This document shows positions 9,930 through 20,000 of a stretch of 64,000 nucleotides of DNA, piece after piece (the first letter of the stretch is position 1; every line of letters starts with the position of its first letter). The stretch is taken from contig CAWGMK010000013.1 of assembly GCA_963823655.1 (NCBI GenBank), positions 224,001 to 288,000 of the forward strand, given 5' to 3'. Origin of the DNA: an uncultured Bacillota bacterium. Its GTDB lineage: Bacteria; Bacillota; DTU025; MWDF01. The translations under genes and the position numbers were made by a program. The notes under the pieces were generated by a model. The model had not been told where the DNA came from, ran no database searches, and saw only the letters and a list, made by a program, of their open reading frames with translations.

Positions 9930-10781
9930 ATGAGGATTGGCCTTGTTACCGATTCGCTAAGCGATCTGAACCCGGAGCTATATAAGAAATACGATATAAA
10001 GATGGTCCCGCTCAACATACTCTTCGGAGAGACCAACTATAAGGACGTAATCGACCTCTCGCCCGCGCAATTCTACGAGATGCAGGCAAAGTCCGAGGTA
10101 ATGCCGAGGACCAACCAGCCCGGGCCTCTGGATTTCGAGGGTATATACAGGCCGATGCTGTCCGAATATGACTACATTTTCTCTTTACATGTATCTTCAG
10201 AATTAAGCGGCACGATAAGCTCGGCCGAAATGGCGGCAAGACAGATAAACGAGGAACTGGGCAAAGCAAAAATTGAAATCATAGATACAACGCAGGTATG
10301 CTTCGGCGAGGGCCTGATAGTGCTCGCAGCGGCCAAGGCGATTGAAGCTGGCGCTGGCCCCGACAAAGTGCGCTCGGAAGTCAAGAGGGCAATATCGAAG
10401 ATCAACACGATATTCGTTCCGGAATCACTTGAGTATCTTAAAAAGAACGGCAGGATTGGGACTGCAAGCGCCTTCCTGGGCGGTATACTGAATATTAAGC
10501 CCATGTTGGAAATGAAGGGTAAGATTTCGCCTGTCGAGAAGATAAGGGGGAGCCGCAACATGGTCCCCAGGATGCTCGAAGTAATGAAATCGAGGACAGC
10601 ACCCGGCACAAAGGTCAATGTGTGCGTCTACGATGCCCTTCTCAAGGAAAAAGCCGACGAGCTGGAAGCTCTTATACGTTCCGAGTACCAGATAGGCGAG
10701 ATGTACAGGGGAACAGTAGGTCCTGCGGTAGGCTGCCACTGCGGCCCTAACACTATTGCATTAAGTTGGCACGAAGCCTAG
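9930..10781 (+). CDS. fakB: DegV family fatty acid binding protein (FakB), copy 2
   Basis: VTDS, RTNQP, SSELSGT, GRIG, LNIKP, HCGP; SD AGGAGG. Confidence 0.9.
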   Translation: MRIGLVTDSLSDLNPELYKKYDIKMVPLNILFGETNYKDVIDLSPAQFYEMQAKSEVMPRTNQPGPLDFEGIYRPMLSEYDYIFSLHVSSELSGTISSAEMAARQINEELGKAKIEIIDTTQVCFGEGLIVLAAAKAIEAGAGPDKVRSEVKRAISKINTIFVPESLEYLKKNGRIGTASAFLGGILNIKPMLEMKGKISPVEKIRGSRNMVPRMLEVMKSRTAPGTKVNVCVYDALLKEKADELEALIRSEYQIGEMYRGTVGPAVGCHCGPNTIALSWHEA

Positions 10782-10792
10782 GAGGCGAGTAT

Positions 10793-11350
10793 TTGAGGCT
10801 GACGGGCGGGGAGCTTTGCGGAAGGATGATTTCCGCCCCTAAGGGGACCTCTACAAGGCCTACTCAGGACAGGGTGAGGGAGAGCCTGTTTGCTATCCTT
10901 GGAGACAGGATGACGGGCTCAAATGTGCTCGATATGTTCGCCGGAAGCGGTGCATTAGGTTTCGAGGCAATCTCCAGAGGTGCCCAGCAGTGCACTTTCG
11001 TGGAGGTGTCCAGGAGGACATCCGAGCTGATCAAGCTCAATGCGCAGAAGCTTGGCATCATCGAAAAGTGCAGGATCCTGACCGCCGATGCTCTGGAGTC
11101 GTCCAGGACTTGGGCGGCTTCTGCTCCGTTTTCCATCGCATTTGTAGACCCTCCTTACGCATCCGGCGTCTATGAGGATGCAATGGGCATGCTATCAGCT
11201 TCCGGTATCATAATGCATCTTGGTATAGTAGTGGTTGAAAGAGAGAAGAACCTGAGCCTGGCACCTTCATTCGGAAGTCTGTTGCTTAAAAGGTCTGAGA
11301 GGTACGGCGCCACTTTCATTGATTTCTACCAGAATGATGCGGAGGTATAG
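10793..11350 (+). CDS. rsmD: 16S rRNA m2G966 methyltransferase
   Basis: RPTQDRVRESLF, LDMFAGSGALGFEAISRGA, DPPY; TTG start after GGAGG. Confidence 0.94.
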   Translation: MRLTGGELCGRMISAPKGTSTRPTQDRVRESLFAILGDRMTGSNVLDMFAGSGALGFEAISRGAQQCTFVEVSRRTSELIKLNAQKLGIIEKCRILTADALESSRTWAASAPFSIAFVDPPYASGVYEDAMGMLSASGIIMHLGIVVVEREKNLSLAPSFGSLLLKRSERYGATFIDFYQNDAEV

Positions 11351-11351
11351 C

Positions 11352-11822
11352 ATGAACACTGCCATATTCCCCGGCTCGTTCGACCCGCTCACAAACGGGC
11401 ATATGGACATAATTGAAAGGGCGGCAGCCATATATGACAAGGTAATTGTCGCCGTCCTCCAGAATTCCTCAAAAAGCTATATGTTCAGCGTCGAGGAAAG
11501 AATCGAGATGCTAAGCAAGTCTTGCAGCGGATTGTCCGGCGTTGAGATCTCCAGTTTCGAAGGCCTGCTGGTGGACTTCGCGCGTTCTAGGGGCTGCAGG
11601 ATAATCCTGAGAGGTTTAAGAGCCGTCACGGATTTCGAATATGAGTTCACAATGGCGCTAATGAACAAGAAGCTGGCGCCTGAGATTGAGACCCTGTTCA
11701 TAGTGACCTCGGCGGAAAACCAGTTCATAAGCTCAAGTTCAATAAAGGAAATCGCCCATTTCGGAGGCCCTGTCGAGGATATGGTCCCGAAGCCGGTTGC
11801 ATTAAAACTCGGAAAGAGGTAA
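11352..11822 (+). CDS. coaD: Pantetheine-phosphate adenylyltransferase
   Basis: FPGSFDPLTNGH, LRGLRAVTDFEYE, ISSS. Confidence 0.96.
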   Translation: MNTAIFPGSFDPLTNGHMDIIERAAAIYDKVIVAVLQNSSKSYMFSVEERIEMLSKSCSGLSGVEISSFEGLLVDFARSRGCRIILRGLRAVTDFEYEFTMALMNKKLAPEIETLFIVTSAENQFISSSSIKEIAHFGGPVEDMVPKPVALKLGKR

Positions 11823-11829
11823 TGGATAA

Positions 11830-12369
11830 ATGACAAGACCATACGCTGACGATTGCGTACCTACCGCAACTATAGAAGAGTACCTCGACAGACTTGAAGA
11901 GGTAATCGAGTGCGCACCGACCATGCCCTTCACCGGTAAATGCGTCCTCGACAGAAAAGAGCTCAACGGCCTTATCACAGCCATGAGGGATTCGCTTTCG
12001 TCAGAGGGAGTCATGTCTTCCACCAGATCCTTCCCGCAGGTCAGAACCGGCTCCTTCCAGGCAGTGAGCCAGGAAGTCAAATCCTACGGCAAGAGCCAGG
12101 ATACGTCATTCGAGACGCCTTTTGAGACTGCCGCGCCGCAACGAAGCTTCAATGAACCCGAGGAGCCCCAGAAGGAAGTCATGGACGCCCAGGCGGAAGC
12201 CGCAAGGATCGTTGAGGCGGCTAAGGCCGAAGCTGCGAAGATTAGATCGGGCGCGGATGAATATGCCGAAAATACGCTCGCAAGCGTTGAGCAAAATGCC
12301 CTTGGCGCCGCAAGATCTGCCAGAAAGGGCCTGGAAGTATTGCAAAGAAGGCGTGGATCCGGCAATTAG
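11830..12369 (+). CDS. Conserved coiled-coil protein that follows coaD (DivIVA/ATPase-b-like)
   Basis: LDRLEEVIE..PFTGKCVLDRKE at the N-terminus and AKAEAAKIRSGADEYA at the C-terminus; synteny after coaD. Confidence 0.75.
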   Translation: MTRPYADDCVPTATIEEYLDRLEEVIECAPTMPFTGKCVLDRKELNGLITAMRDSLSSEGVMSSTRSFPQVRTGSFQAVSQEVKSYGKSQDTSFETPFETAAPQRSFNEPEEPQKEVMDAQAEAARIVEAAKAEAAKIRSGADEYAENTLASVEQNALGAARSARKGLEVLQRRRGSGN

Positions 12370-12408
12370 CAATTGCTTTGCGAATTAAGTATGGAAGGGG
12401 TTATATCG

Positions 12409-13614
12409 ATGAAGATCCTGGTAGTCAACTGCGGGAGCTCGTCTGTAAAATACCAGCTCTTTGACATGGCTAATGAGGCAGTGCTTGCAAAGGGAATAGT
12501 CGAAAGGGTAGGAACGGACGACGCTTTCATAAAGCACCAGCCTGCTGGCAAGGATAAGGTCCAGAACAAGGTGTTCGCGAAGAATCATGAAGAGGCTATG
12601 AAAACAGTATTCGAACACCTGTTGGACAAGGCTCACGGAGTCATATCCAGCATCGATGAGATCGGTGCGGTAGGCCACAGGGTAGTGCACGCAGGTGAGA
12701 AGTTCAAAGGATCCGTACCGATAACTCCCGACGTAGTGGCCGCGCTTATAGAGTGCCAGGATTTAGCGCCGCTGCACAATCCTCCGAACATAATGGGTAT
12801 AAAGGCATGCCAGGCGCTGATGCCGTCAGTCCCCATGGTGGGGGTATTCGATACCGCATTCCACCAGACCATGCCTAAAGAGGCCTATCTTTATGGGTTA
12901 CCCTACGAGCTGTATGAGACCCACAAAGTAAGAAGGTATGGCTTCCACGGGACTTCGCACAGGTATGTGAGCGCCAGGGCGGCCCAGATGCTAAATAAAC
13001 CGTACGATAAAACGTCGGTGATTACGTGCCATCTTGGCAATGGTTCCAGCATAGCGGCTATCAAGCACGGCAAAAGCATCGACACAACAATGGGCCTGAC
13101 GCCCCTTGAAGGCCTGGTAATGGGCACAAGGGTGGGAGACCTGGATCCAGGAATCGTGCTGTTCCTGTGCGAGAAATTGCATATGAGCGTTCAGGAGGTC
13201 GTCAACGGTTACCTGAATAAGAAGTCCGGCGTATACGGCCTTTCCAACTACTTCTCCAACGACTTCAGAGACCTTGAGGATGCTGCCGTGGCCGGAAATG
13301 AGCTGGCCCAGCTTGCTTTGGACGTGTTCGCGTACAGGATAGTCAAATACATTGGCGCGTACGCCGTTGCCATGGGCGAGCTCGACGCAATCATCTTCAC
13401 CGGGGGAATAGGCGAGAACAGCTGGGAGATGAGGAAGAGGGTCTGCGACAGGCTGGGCTTCCTTGGCATAAAGATAGACGACAAGCTGAACGACATGAAG
13501 GGCAAAGAGGCAGACCTGACGCTTCCCGAATGCAAGATCAAAGTGCTTGCAATACCTACCAACGAAGAATTGGTTATCGCAAGGGATACCAGGGACATCG
13601 TAGAAGGGAAGTAG
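12409..13614 (+). CDS. ackA: Acetate kinase
   Basis: VNCGSSSVK, GHRVVHAG, APLHNP, FDTAFH, YGFHGTSH, FTGGIGEN, PTNEE. Confidence 0.96.
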   Translation: MKILVVNCGSSSVKYQLFDMANEAVLAKGIVERVGTDDAFIKHQPAGKDKVQNKVFAKNHEEAMKTVFEHLLDKAHGVISSIDEIGAVGHRVVHAGEKFKGSVPITPDVVAALIECQDLAPLHNPPNIMGIKACQALMPSVPMVGVFDTAFHQTMPKEAYLYGLPYELYETHKVRRYGFHGTSHRYVSARAAQMLNKPYDKTSVITCHLGNGSSIAAIKHGKSIDTTMGLTPLEGLVMGTRVGDLDPGIVLFLCEKLHMSVQEVVNGYLNKKSGVYGLSNYFSNDFRDLEDAAVAGNELAQLALDVFAYRIVKYIGAYAVAMGELDAIIFTGGIGENSWEMRKRVCDRLGFLGIKIDDKLNDMKGKEADLTLPECKIKVLAIPTNEELVIARDTRDIVEGK

Positions 13615-13617
13615 CCA

Positions 13618-14208
13618 ATGCCGCTGACCGAAGGGTATTTTCGGGAACGCAGCACGGTAGAGATCGCCAGGGGCCTCTTGGGAAAAGAGCTCGTACATGA
13701 GTCATGCGAGGGAATTACTTCCGGGATCATAGTTGAGACAGAAGCCTACTTGAGGGATGACCCCGCGTGCCACGCAAGCAGAGGTATGACCAAGCGCAAC
13801 AGCAGCATGTTCTTGGGACCAGGCAGATCATATGTCTATTTCATTTACGGCAATTACTACTGTTTCAATGTAGTAACGGCAGAAGAAGGCATAGGGGAAG
13901 CCGTTCTGATCAGAGCCATTCAACCTATGGAAGGCACTGATTTGATGGCGGCAAGACGGGGACTAAAGGACGAATTGAAGCTCGCCAGCGGACCCGGGAA
14001 GCTGTGCAGTGCGATGGGTATCGATAAGAAACTTGACGGTGCAAGCCTTTGGCAGAGACCTTTTTATGTTAGGCAACCCGAAAAGGGCGATGATAGCATC
14101 GTAATTGTTGAGACTACAAGGATTGGCATAAACCGGGCGATCGACTGGAAATTGAGGTTCTGCATAGAAGGAAGCCCATATCTGTCCAGAAGGCCTGTAA
14201 GCAAATAA
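13618..14208 (+). CDS. mpg: DNA-3-methyladenine glycosylase (AAG/Mpg family)
   Basis: IVETEAY, DPACHA, YVYFIYG, AVLIRA, GPGKL, RIGI. Confidence 0.92.
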   Translation: MPLTEGYFRERSTVEIARGLLGKELVHESCEGITSGIIVETEAYLRDDPACHASRGMTKRNSSMFLGPGRSYVYFIYGNYYCFNVVTAEEGIGEAVLIRAIQPMEGTDLMAARRGLKDELKLASGPGKLCSAMGIDKKLDGASLWQRPFYVRQPEKGDDSIVIVETTRIGINRAIDWKLRFCIEGSPYLSRRPVSK

Positions 14209-14210
14209 CC

Positions 14211-14240
14211 TTGACACACATCAAAATGCAAATATATACT
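14211..14240 (+). promoter_or_regulatory. Sigma-A promoter of yceD-rpmF
   Basis: TTGACA-18 nt-TATACT. Confidence 0.65.
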
Positions 14241-14265
14241 ATCCTAGTGTCGGAGGTGGACTACT

Positions 14266-14736
14266 ATGAGGCCTTTTACAATTGATATCGAGAGAATTGC
14301 CGGCGAGACCGGCGCCTCCTTGAGTGTCGACCTCAGCTGGACCCCTGATGGAATGGATTTAGGCAGGCTCTCTACACAGCTCTGCGGGGATGTAAGCTTC
14401 AAGGGCAATGTGAGCAACGTAGGCGGGGCCTTCGCAGTGAACGGTACCATGACAGCTGAGTACTCCGGGGAATGCGACAGATGCCTTGCGCGATACAGCA
14501 AAAGGGTACGTCTTCCGTTAGTCAGGGTATTCTCTGAAGGAACCGGAGAATTGAGCGGCATAGATGGCGATGACGTGGAAAAGATGGAGGGGACGGTAAT
14601 CGACCTTGCCCCGCATCTTAGGGAAGAGATAATCCTAAGCATGCCGATAAGGCTATTATGTAAAGATGACTGCAAGGGCATATGCCCTGATTGCGGTAAA
14701 GATTTAAACACAGGGGAGTGCATTTGCGGCAAGTAG
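14266..14736 (+). CDS. yceD: DUF177/YceD family protein
   Basis: CDRCL and LCKDDCKGICPDCGKDLN; immediately upstream of rpmF. Confidence 0.9.
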   Translation: MRPFTIDIERIAGETGASLSVDLSWTPDGMDLGRLSTQLCGDVSFKGNVSNVGGAFAVNGTMTAEYSGECDRCLARYSKRVRLPLVRVFSEGTGELSGIDGDDVEKMEGTVIDLAPHLREEIILSMPIRLLCKDDCKGICPDCGKDLNTGECICGK

Positions 14737-14781
14737 CCTTGATGCATAGAACGCAACCCCACCTTAGTAGGAGGCAGGAAT

Positions 14782-14967
14782 ATGGCAAACCCAAAGCAGA
14801 GATTCGGAAAATCACGCACTAGGAAACGCCGTGCCAACTGGAAGGCGGCGACGCCTACTCTAGTAGAGTGCCCGAAGTGCAAGGCGATGAAAGTGCCTCA
14901 CACGGTTTGTGGCGAATGCGGTTTCTACGATGGTCGCGAGGTAGTCGCGGTCGCGGAGAAAGAGTAA
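14782..14967 (+). CDS. rpmF: 50S ribosomal protein L32
   Basis: MANPK..SRTRKRRA..CPKC..PHTVCGECGFY. Confidence 0.96.
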   Translation: MANPKQRFGKSRTRKRRANWKAATPTLVECPKCKAMKVPHTVCGECGFYDGREVVAVAEKE

Positions 14968-14974
14968 TTAAGCT

Positions 14975-15010
14975 GAAGGCGGATTCTTAATCTGGGAATC
15001 CGCTTTCTCT
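14975..15010 (+). terminator. Hairpin/terminator after rpmF
   Basis: GCGGATTC...GAATCCGC stem followed by TTTCTCT. Confidence 0.55.
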
Positions 15011-15029
15011 TCAATTTGGAGTGATACCC

Positions 15030-16031
15030 ATGGCCAGGATAGCTGCCGACCTGATGGGATCCGACAAGGGGCTGAAGATTGTCTTGGAAGGCGCTATGCG
15101 CGCCCATTCCGAGGGGATCGATATTGTCTTGGTCGGAGACCGTGAGCGAATACTTGCTACGAATCCGGAGGCCGAGAAAATTGAGATAGTCCATGCCGCA
15201 CAGGAAATCACCATGGCAGATGACCCTATAAATGTTGTAAGGCATAAAAGGGATTCATCCATGGTTATGGCAACAAGGTATGTATCCGAAGGCGGCGCTG
15301 ACGCTATCGTCTCCACCGGAAACACCGGCGCGCTGCTGATGGCGGCCACTCTGATAATAGGAAGGACACCAGGTAACAACAGGCCTGCTCTAGGCGTAGT
15401 GTTACCCGGTTTGGCGGGGCCTTCCATGCTCATAGACGCGGGCGCCAACCCTGACTGCGAAGCCAGGAACCTGTTGGAGTTCGGGATTATGGGCTCAGCC
15501 TATCTTTCAAGCGTGCTGAACATAGCCAATCCCAAGGTAGCGCTTTTAAACAATGGCACGGAGGAGAAGAAGGGCCGTGAGTATATCAGGCAGGCCTATA
15601 CGCTCCTCAGGGGCACATCGTTGAATTTCATAGGCAACATCGAAGGCAGGGACATCATGACAACTGCCTCCAATGTTATGGTATGCGACGGTTTCACCGG
15701 CAATGTCACCCTTAAAGTTATCGAGGGCATGGGCAGCATCTTCACCAAGATGATCAAAGAGGCGGCAATGCAGAATGCGGCCTCCAAAGTGGGCGGCCTC
15801 CTTATGAAATCGTCCCTGAAGAAGCTCGCCAACAAGCTGGACTACTCCTATTACGGCGGGGCGCCTTTCCTTGGCCTTAAGAAACTGGTGGTCAAAGGAC
15901 ATGGCAGCAGCAATTCATTCGCTTTCTACAACGCTATTAGAGTTGCCGCCCAGGCTGTTGATTCAAAAGTAGTGGAGAAGATATCGGAGGCTTTCGAGAA
16001 TTACGCGAAGGACAAGCAATCGGAGGTGTAG
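15030..16031 (+). CDS. plsX: Phosphate acyltransferase
   Basis: DLMGSD, STGNTGA, RPAL, DAGAN, NNGTEEKKG, CDGFTGN, GGAPFLG, KGHGSS. Confidence 0.95.
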   Translation: MARIAADLMGSDKGLKIVLEGAMRAHSEGIDIVLVGDRERILATNPEAEKIEIVHAAQEITMADDPINVVRHKRDSSMVMATRYVSEGGADAIVSTGNTGALLMAATLIIGRTPGNNRPALGVVLPGLAGPSMLIDAGANPDCEARNLLEFGIMGSAYLSSVLNIANPKVALLNNGTEEKKGREYIRQAYTLLRGTSLNFIGNIEGRDIMTTASNVMVCDGFTGNVTLKVIEGMGSIFTKMIKEAAMQNAASKVGGLLMKSSLKKLANKLDYSYYGGAPFLGLKKLVVKGHGSSNSFAFYNAIRVAAQAVDSKVVEKISEAFENYAKDKQSEV

Positions 16032-16034
16032 ACA

Positions 16035-16280
16035 ATGAACGAACTGGAGATTTTCGAGGTAGTAAAGAAGATAATCGTAGAGAAGCTTTCAGTCAAACCC
16101 GAGCTGGTGACAATGGATTCGAAGTTCGTCGACGATCTGGGCGCTGATTCGCTCTACTTGAACGAGATCGTATATGAGATAGAGGAGAAATTCGGAATCA
16201 CAGTGCCGGATGAAGCCTTCGATGAGATGCAGAGCGTCGGGCAGGCAATAAGATACGTCATGAAGGTAGCCAAGAAGTAG
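16035..16280 (+). CDS. acpP: Acyl carrier protein, divergent after the DSL motif
   Basis: FVDDLGADSL, EEKFGITVPDE. Confidence 0.9.
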   Translation: MNELEIFEVVKKIIVEKLSVKPELVTMDSKFVDDLGADSLYLNEIVYEIEEKFGITVPDEAFDEMQSVGQAIRYVMKVAKK

Positions 16281-16288
16281 GGATTTAT

Positions 16289-16987
16289 ATGCCGGTTAAT
16301 TTGGAGATCATAAAATCGCTGCAGAAATCCTCAGGCTATCGGTTCATAGACATTGCTCTTGCGCAAAGGGCCATTTCGCATACTTCTTACGCCCATGGGA
16401 TGGGCTTTGGAAGGCACGAAAGCAATGAAAGACTGGAATACCTGGGCGATGCCTTGCTGAAAGCTTATGTGGCAAGGCATCTTTTCTTAAGCTACCCCGA
16501 TGATGAGGAAGGCACATTATCAAGAAAGTCGGCGAGAGCCCTTTCCGGGCTTGCCCTTGCCAAAGCGGCAAAGGGCATGGGCCTGAACTTGATTATGATG
16601 CTTTCACCCCAAGAAGAGGCATCCGGAGGCCGTCAGAAGGCAAGAAACCTGGCCGGCTGCTTCGAGGCACTGACCGCTGCTATTTATTTGGACGGCGGGA
16701 TAGGCGCCATGGAAGCCTTCCTGGACAGCCGGCTGAAAGCTTCAATCGGAGAGGAGCTTGCCAATTCGGACAGGGATCCCAAGTCAGCGCTGCAGGAATT
16801 GCTTCAAGGCAAAGGCCGCCCTCTGCCGTGCTACTTAGTGACAGACAGGTCTGGCCCTGACCATTCGCCCCTATTCACCGTCGAAGTGACAGATTCGGGC
16901 CGTATGCTAGGCAAGGGGAGAGGCAACAGCATAAAGGACGCAGAACAGGCTGCGGCGTCGGATGCATTGGCCGCATTGATTACGTAA
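16289..16987 (+). CDS. rnc: Ribonuclease III
   Basis: NERLEYLGDA, FEA..AIYLD, dsRBD DPKSALQE..GPDH. Confidence 0.93.
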   Translation: MPVNLEIIKSLQKSSGYRFIDIALAQRAISHTSYAHGMGFGRHESNERLEYLGDALLKAYVARHLFLSYPDDEEGTLSRKSARALSGLALAKAAKGMGLNLIMMLSPQEEASGGRQKARNLAGCFEALTAAIYLDGGIGAMEAFLDSRLKASIGEELANSDRDPKSALQELLQGKGRPLPCYLVTDRSGPDHSPLFTVEVTDSGRMLGKGRGNSIKDAEQAAASDALAALIT

Positions 16988-17030
16988 ACATTGACATAAC
17001 GTCTTCAAGATAGACGCCGGAGGTGGCGCA

Positions 17031-20000
17031 TTGCAGCTTCGAAGGCTAGCCATAAACGGTTTCAAGACATTTGCCGGCAAATCCGAATTTGAGTTCAAAG
17101 GCGGCATAACGGCAGTAGTAGGGCCCAACGGCTCGGGGAAAAGCAACCTTTCGGACGCCATAAGGTGGGCGCTTGGGGAGCAAAGTGCAAGGCTTCTTAG
17201 GGGTACATCCATGTCGGACGTAATTTTTGCAGGCACTTCCGCCAGAAAAGCATCGGGTATGGCGGAAGTCACTGTTGTCATCGACAATTCCGACAGATCC
17301 CTCTCTTTGGACTTCGACGAAGTATCAGTAACGAGGCGAGTCTACAGGGACGGCGACAGCCAGTTCCTGATTAACGGGGTCGAATGCAGGCTTAAGGATA
17401 TTGCTGAGCTTTTCGCGGGGACGGGCCTTGGCAAAGAGGCGTACGCGGCTATCGAACAGGGCAAGGTCGATGCGATCATCTCCTCCCAACCTCAGGACAG
17501 GCGCGGCATATTCGACGAGGCCTCGGGCATCATGAGGTATAAGAACCGTAAAAGGGATGCCGAACGCAAACTTATCGATGTCGAGGAGAGGACCGGGCGT
17601 GCTTCCGACATACTTGCGGAGCTTAAGCAAAAGGAGCCCATCCTTGAAAAGCAGGCGCAGGATGCACAAGGTTACAAAGAAGCCATCTCGGAAGCCAAAT
17701 CCCTTGAGTTCTCCCTGATATGCCTGGAGACGGCCGATGCCCATAAGAAGCTGCTCAGCCTGGAAACTGAGCTGAATGCGAAGATTGCAGAGAGGGAGCG
17801 GCTGCAAGCTGACCTTACACTATCAGAAGCCTCCTATAAATCAGCAAGACTAAAGTCCGCAGAGCTTTCGATAAGCTATGAAACCGCCTCCCAAACCGCT
17901 CAGGCGGCCTCCAAATCCGCAGTAAAGCATGAAATGGGCGCAATGGAGCTGGAAGCGGACATTTCAAGGATGCAAGTCCTGCTGACAAGGGCGAATGAGG
18001 ACCTTTCAGGCCAGCTTGGCGGCGGGCAGGAAGCTCAAAGCGGGTTGGAGGATGTAAGGGCCAGGAAGGGCGCGGCAGAGGCGAATTTGGCTGCGCTGGA
18101 AAGCTCTATTAATGCGCAAGCAGAGCTAATAGCGAAGCTGCAGGGCGAAGCGGCCCTACTAGACACAAAGATCGATGAATTCAGGGCCGAGCACTTTGCA
18201 AGAGTCTCGAAAGTGGCCGGGATTAAGAATTCGATCGGGTCAAATGCTCAAAGGCGAGAATCGCTTAAAGCGCGCGCAAGCCGCCTTAGAAGCAGCTCCG
18301 AAGCCCTATTGAACGAGAAGGCCCAAGCAGACGAGCGGACGTTGAATCTCAGCTCCGAAATTGCCGCTATAAAGGCTTCAGTAGGGAAGATCGAAAGCGC
18401 CCTCTTTGAGAACAAGTCCGCGGGCAGCCTCCTCCATATTGAGCTGAGTAAAGCCGTTTCCATTAACAGCCTAACGGCAAAGGAGCTGGCAAGGTGCGAG
18501 ACAGTGCTGTCGGCGCTTGAGGCAATGCAACAGGACATGGAGGGCTACGCTTCCTCAGTCAAAGAGATATTCTCTGAGGCCGGCAAGGGCAAACTTGACG
18601 GAATAATAAGCACGGTAGGCGATGCCATCTCTGTTCCAAAGGGCTTGGAAGCTGCAATAGAAAGCGCCCTCGGCGGCCAAATCAATGACATAATCTGCGC
18701 TACTGCAGATGCTGCCTCGGCATCGATCTCCCATTTGAAATCTAAGGCATACGGAAGGGCGACTTTCCTGCCTTTGGACATAATACGAGCGTCTAAGCTC
18801 AATATAAGCGAGAAGTTATCAGCTTCAAAAGGTTTCCTGGGAATCGCCTCTGATATGGTTTCTTACGAAGAGCGCCTGCGTCCGGCATTCGAGTATCTCC
18901 TGGGCCAGACTGCGGTGTTTAAAACCCTTGACGACGCGATTTCCTCTCAGAAGCAGGGCATAAGGGTAAGGTCCGTCACTGCTGAGGGAGAGCTGATCAG
19001 CTCAGGCGGGGCGATAACCGGCGGCTCCAGGAACGAGCTTAAGGGATCCGTTATAACAAGAAGAAGGAAGATCGCAGACCTGCGCGAGCAGAAAGAAAAG
19101 CTGGCCGCTGATTCGGCAAACGGCAGGGAAAACGAGAAGAACACCCGCGCGAAGCTTGCCGCTATCGAAGCGGAGCATGCATCCCTTGAAAAGGCGTTGG
19201 CAGAGACGGAGAAAGCGCAAAGGGCATCCGAGCTAGAGCTTTCCAAGTCAGAATCATCGCTAAAATCGCTTTTGGATCAAATTGCGGCAGCCCTCGAAGA
19301 GCTCAAAGGAATAGATGAGGAGCTGGCTGCGAGCGAAGTGGAAGTTGCCGAGCTTAAGCTTGCACTTATTGATGCACAAGAAGCAGTAGACAAGCATGGA
19401 GACAGAAACGATTCCGATAGGTCGGAGAAGTCGGCGCTTTCTGAGAAGCTGGCTGAGGCCTCTAGGCAACATACAGCCATGCTGGTCGAAAAAGCCACGG
19501 TCGTTTCTCTTATAAGTTCCCTGGCCTCCGAAGAGGGCTCACTTAAGGCCAGGATATCAGCACAGTCAGGCAAGGCATCCCAGCTGAAGGCCGCAATACG
19601 GGAGCTTGAGGCCAAAATTGAGGCCGCGAAGGTCGAGGCTGTTAGGGAGAGGGAGATCTCCAGTCAGTTTGCATCCCAGCAGGAGGCCTGTACAAGAGAC
19701 TCCGAAAAGCTTAAGGCCAGCAAGGATTCTTTTGAGGCGGAGGCAATTTCCTTTGAACAGAGCCTGAAAAATAAAAGGAGGCGCCTTGCCCAAGTCGGCG
19801 ATGCAGAGTCACAAAGGGCTATGGATAGGGCGCGAGTCCAAGGAGAGTACGCAATTCTCTCCTCTAAGCTGGAAAAGGATCACGGCATATCTTTTGAACA
19901 GGCGGATGAGGCATCATTCCAGGGCCTGGATAAGGCTGCAGCCTCGGCAAGGATAGATGAGCTAAAGGCTCGCGTAGAGGCTTTGGGCGACATTAACATG

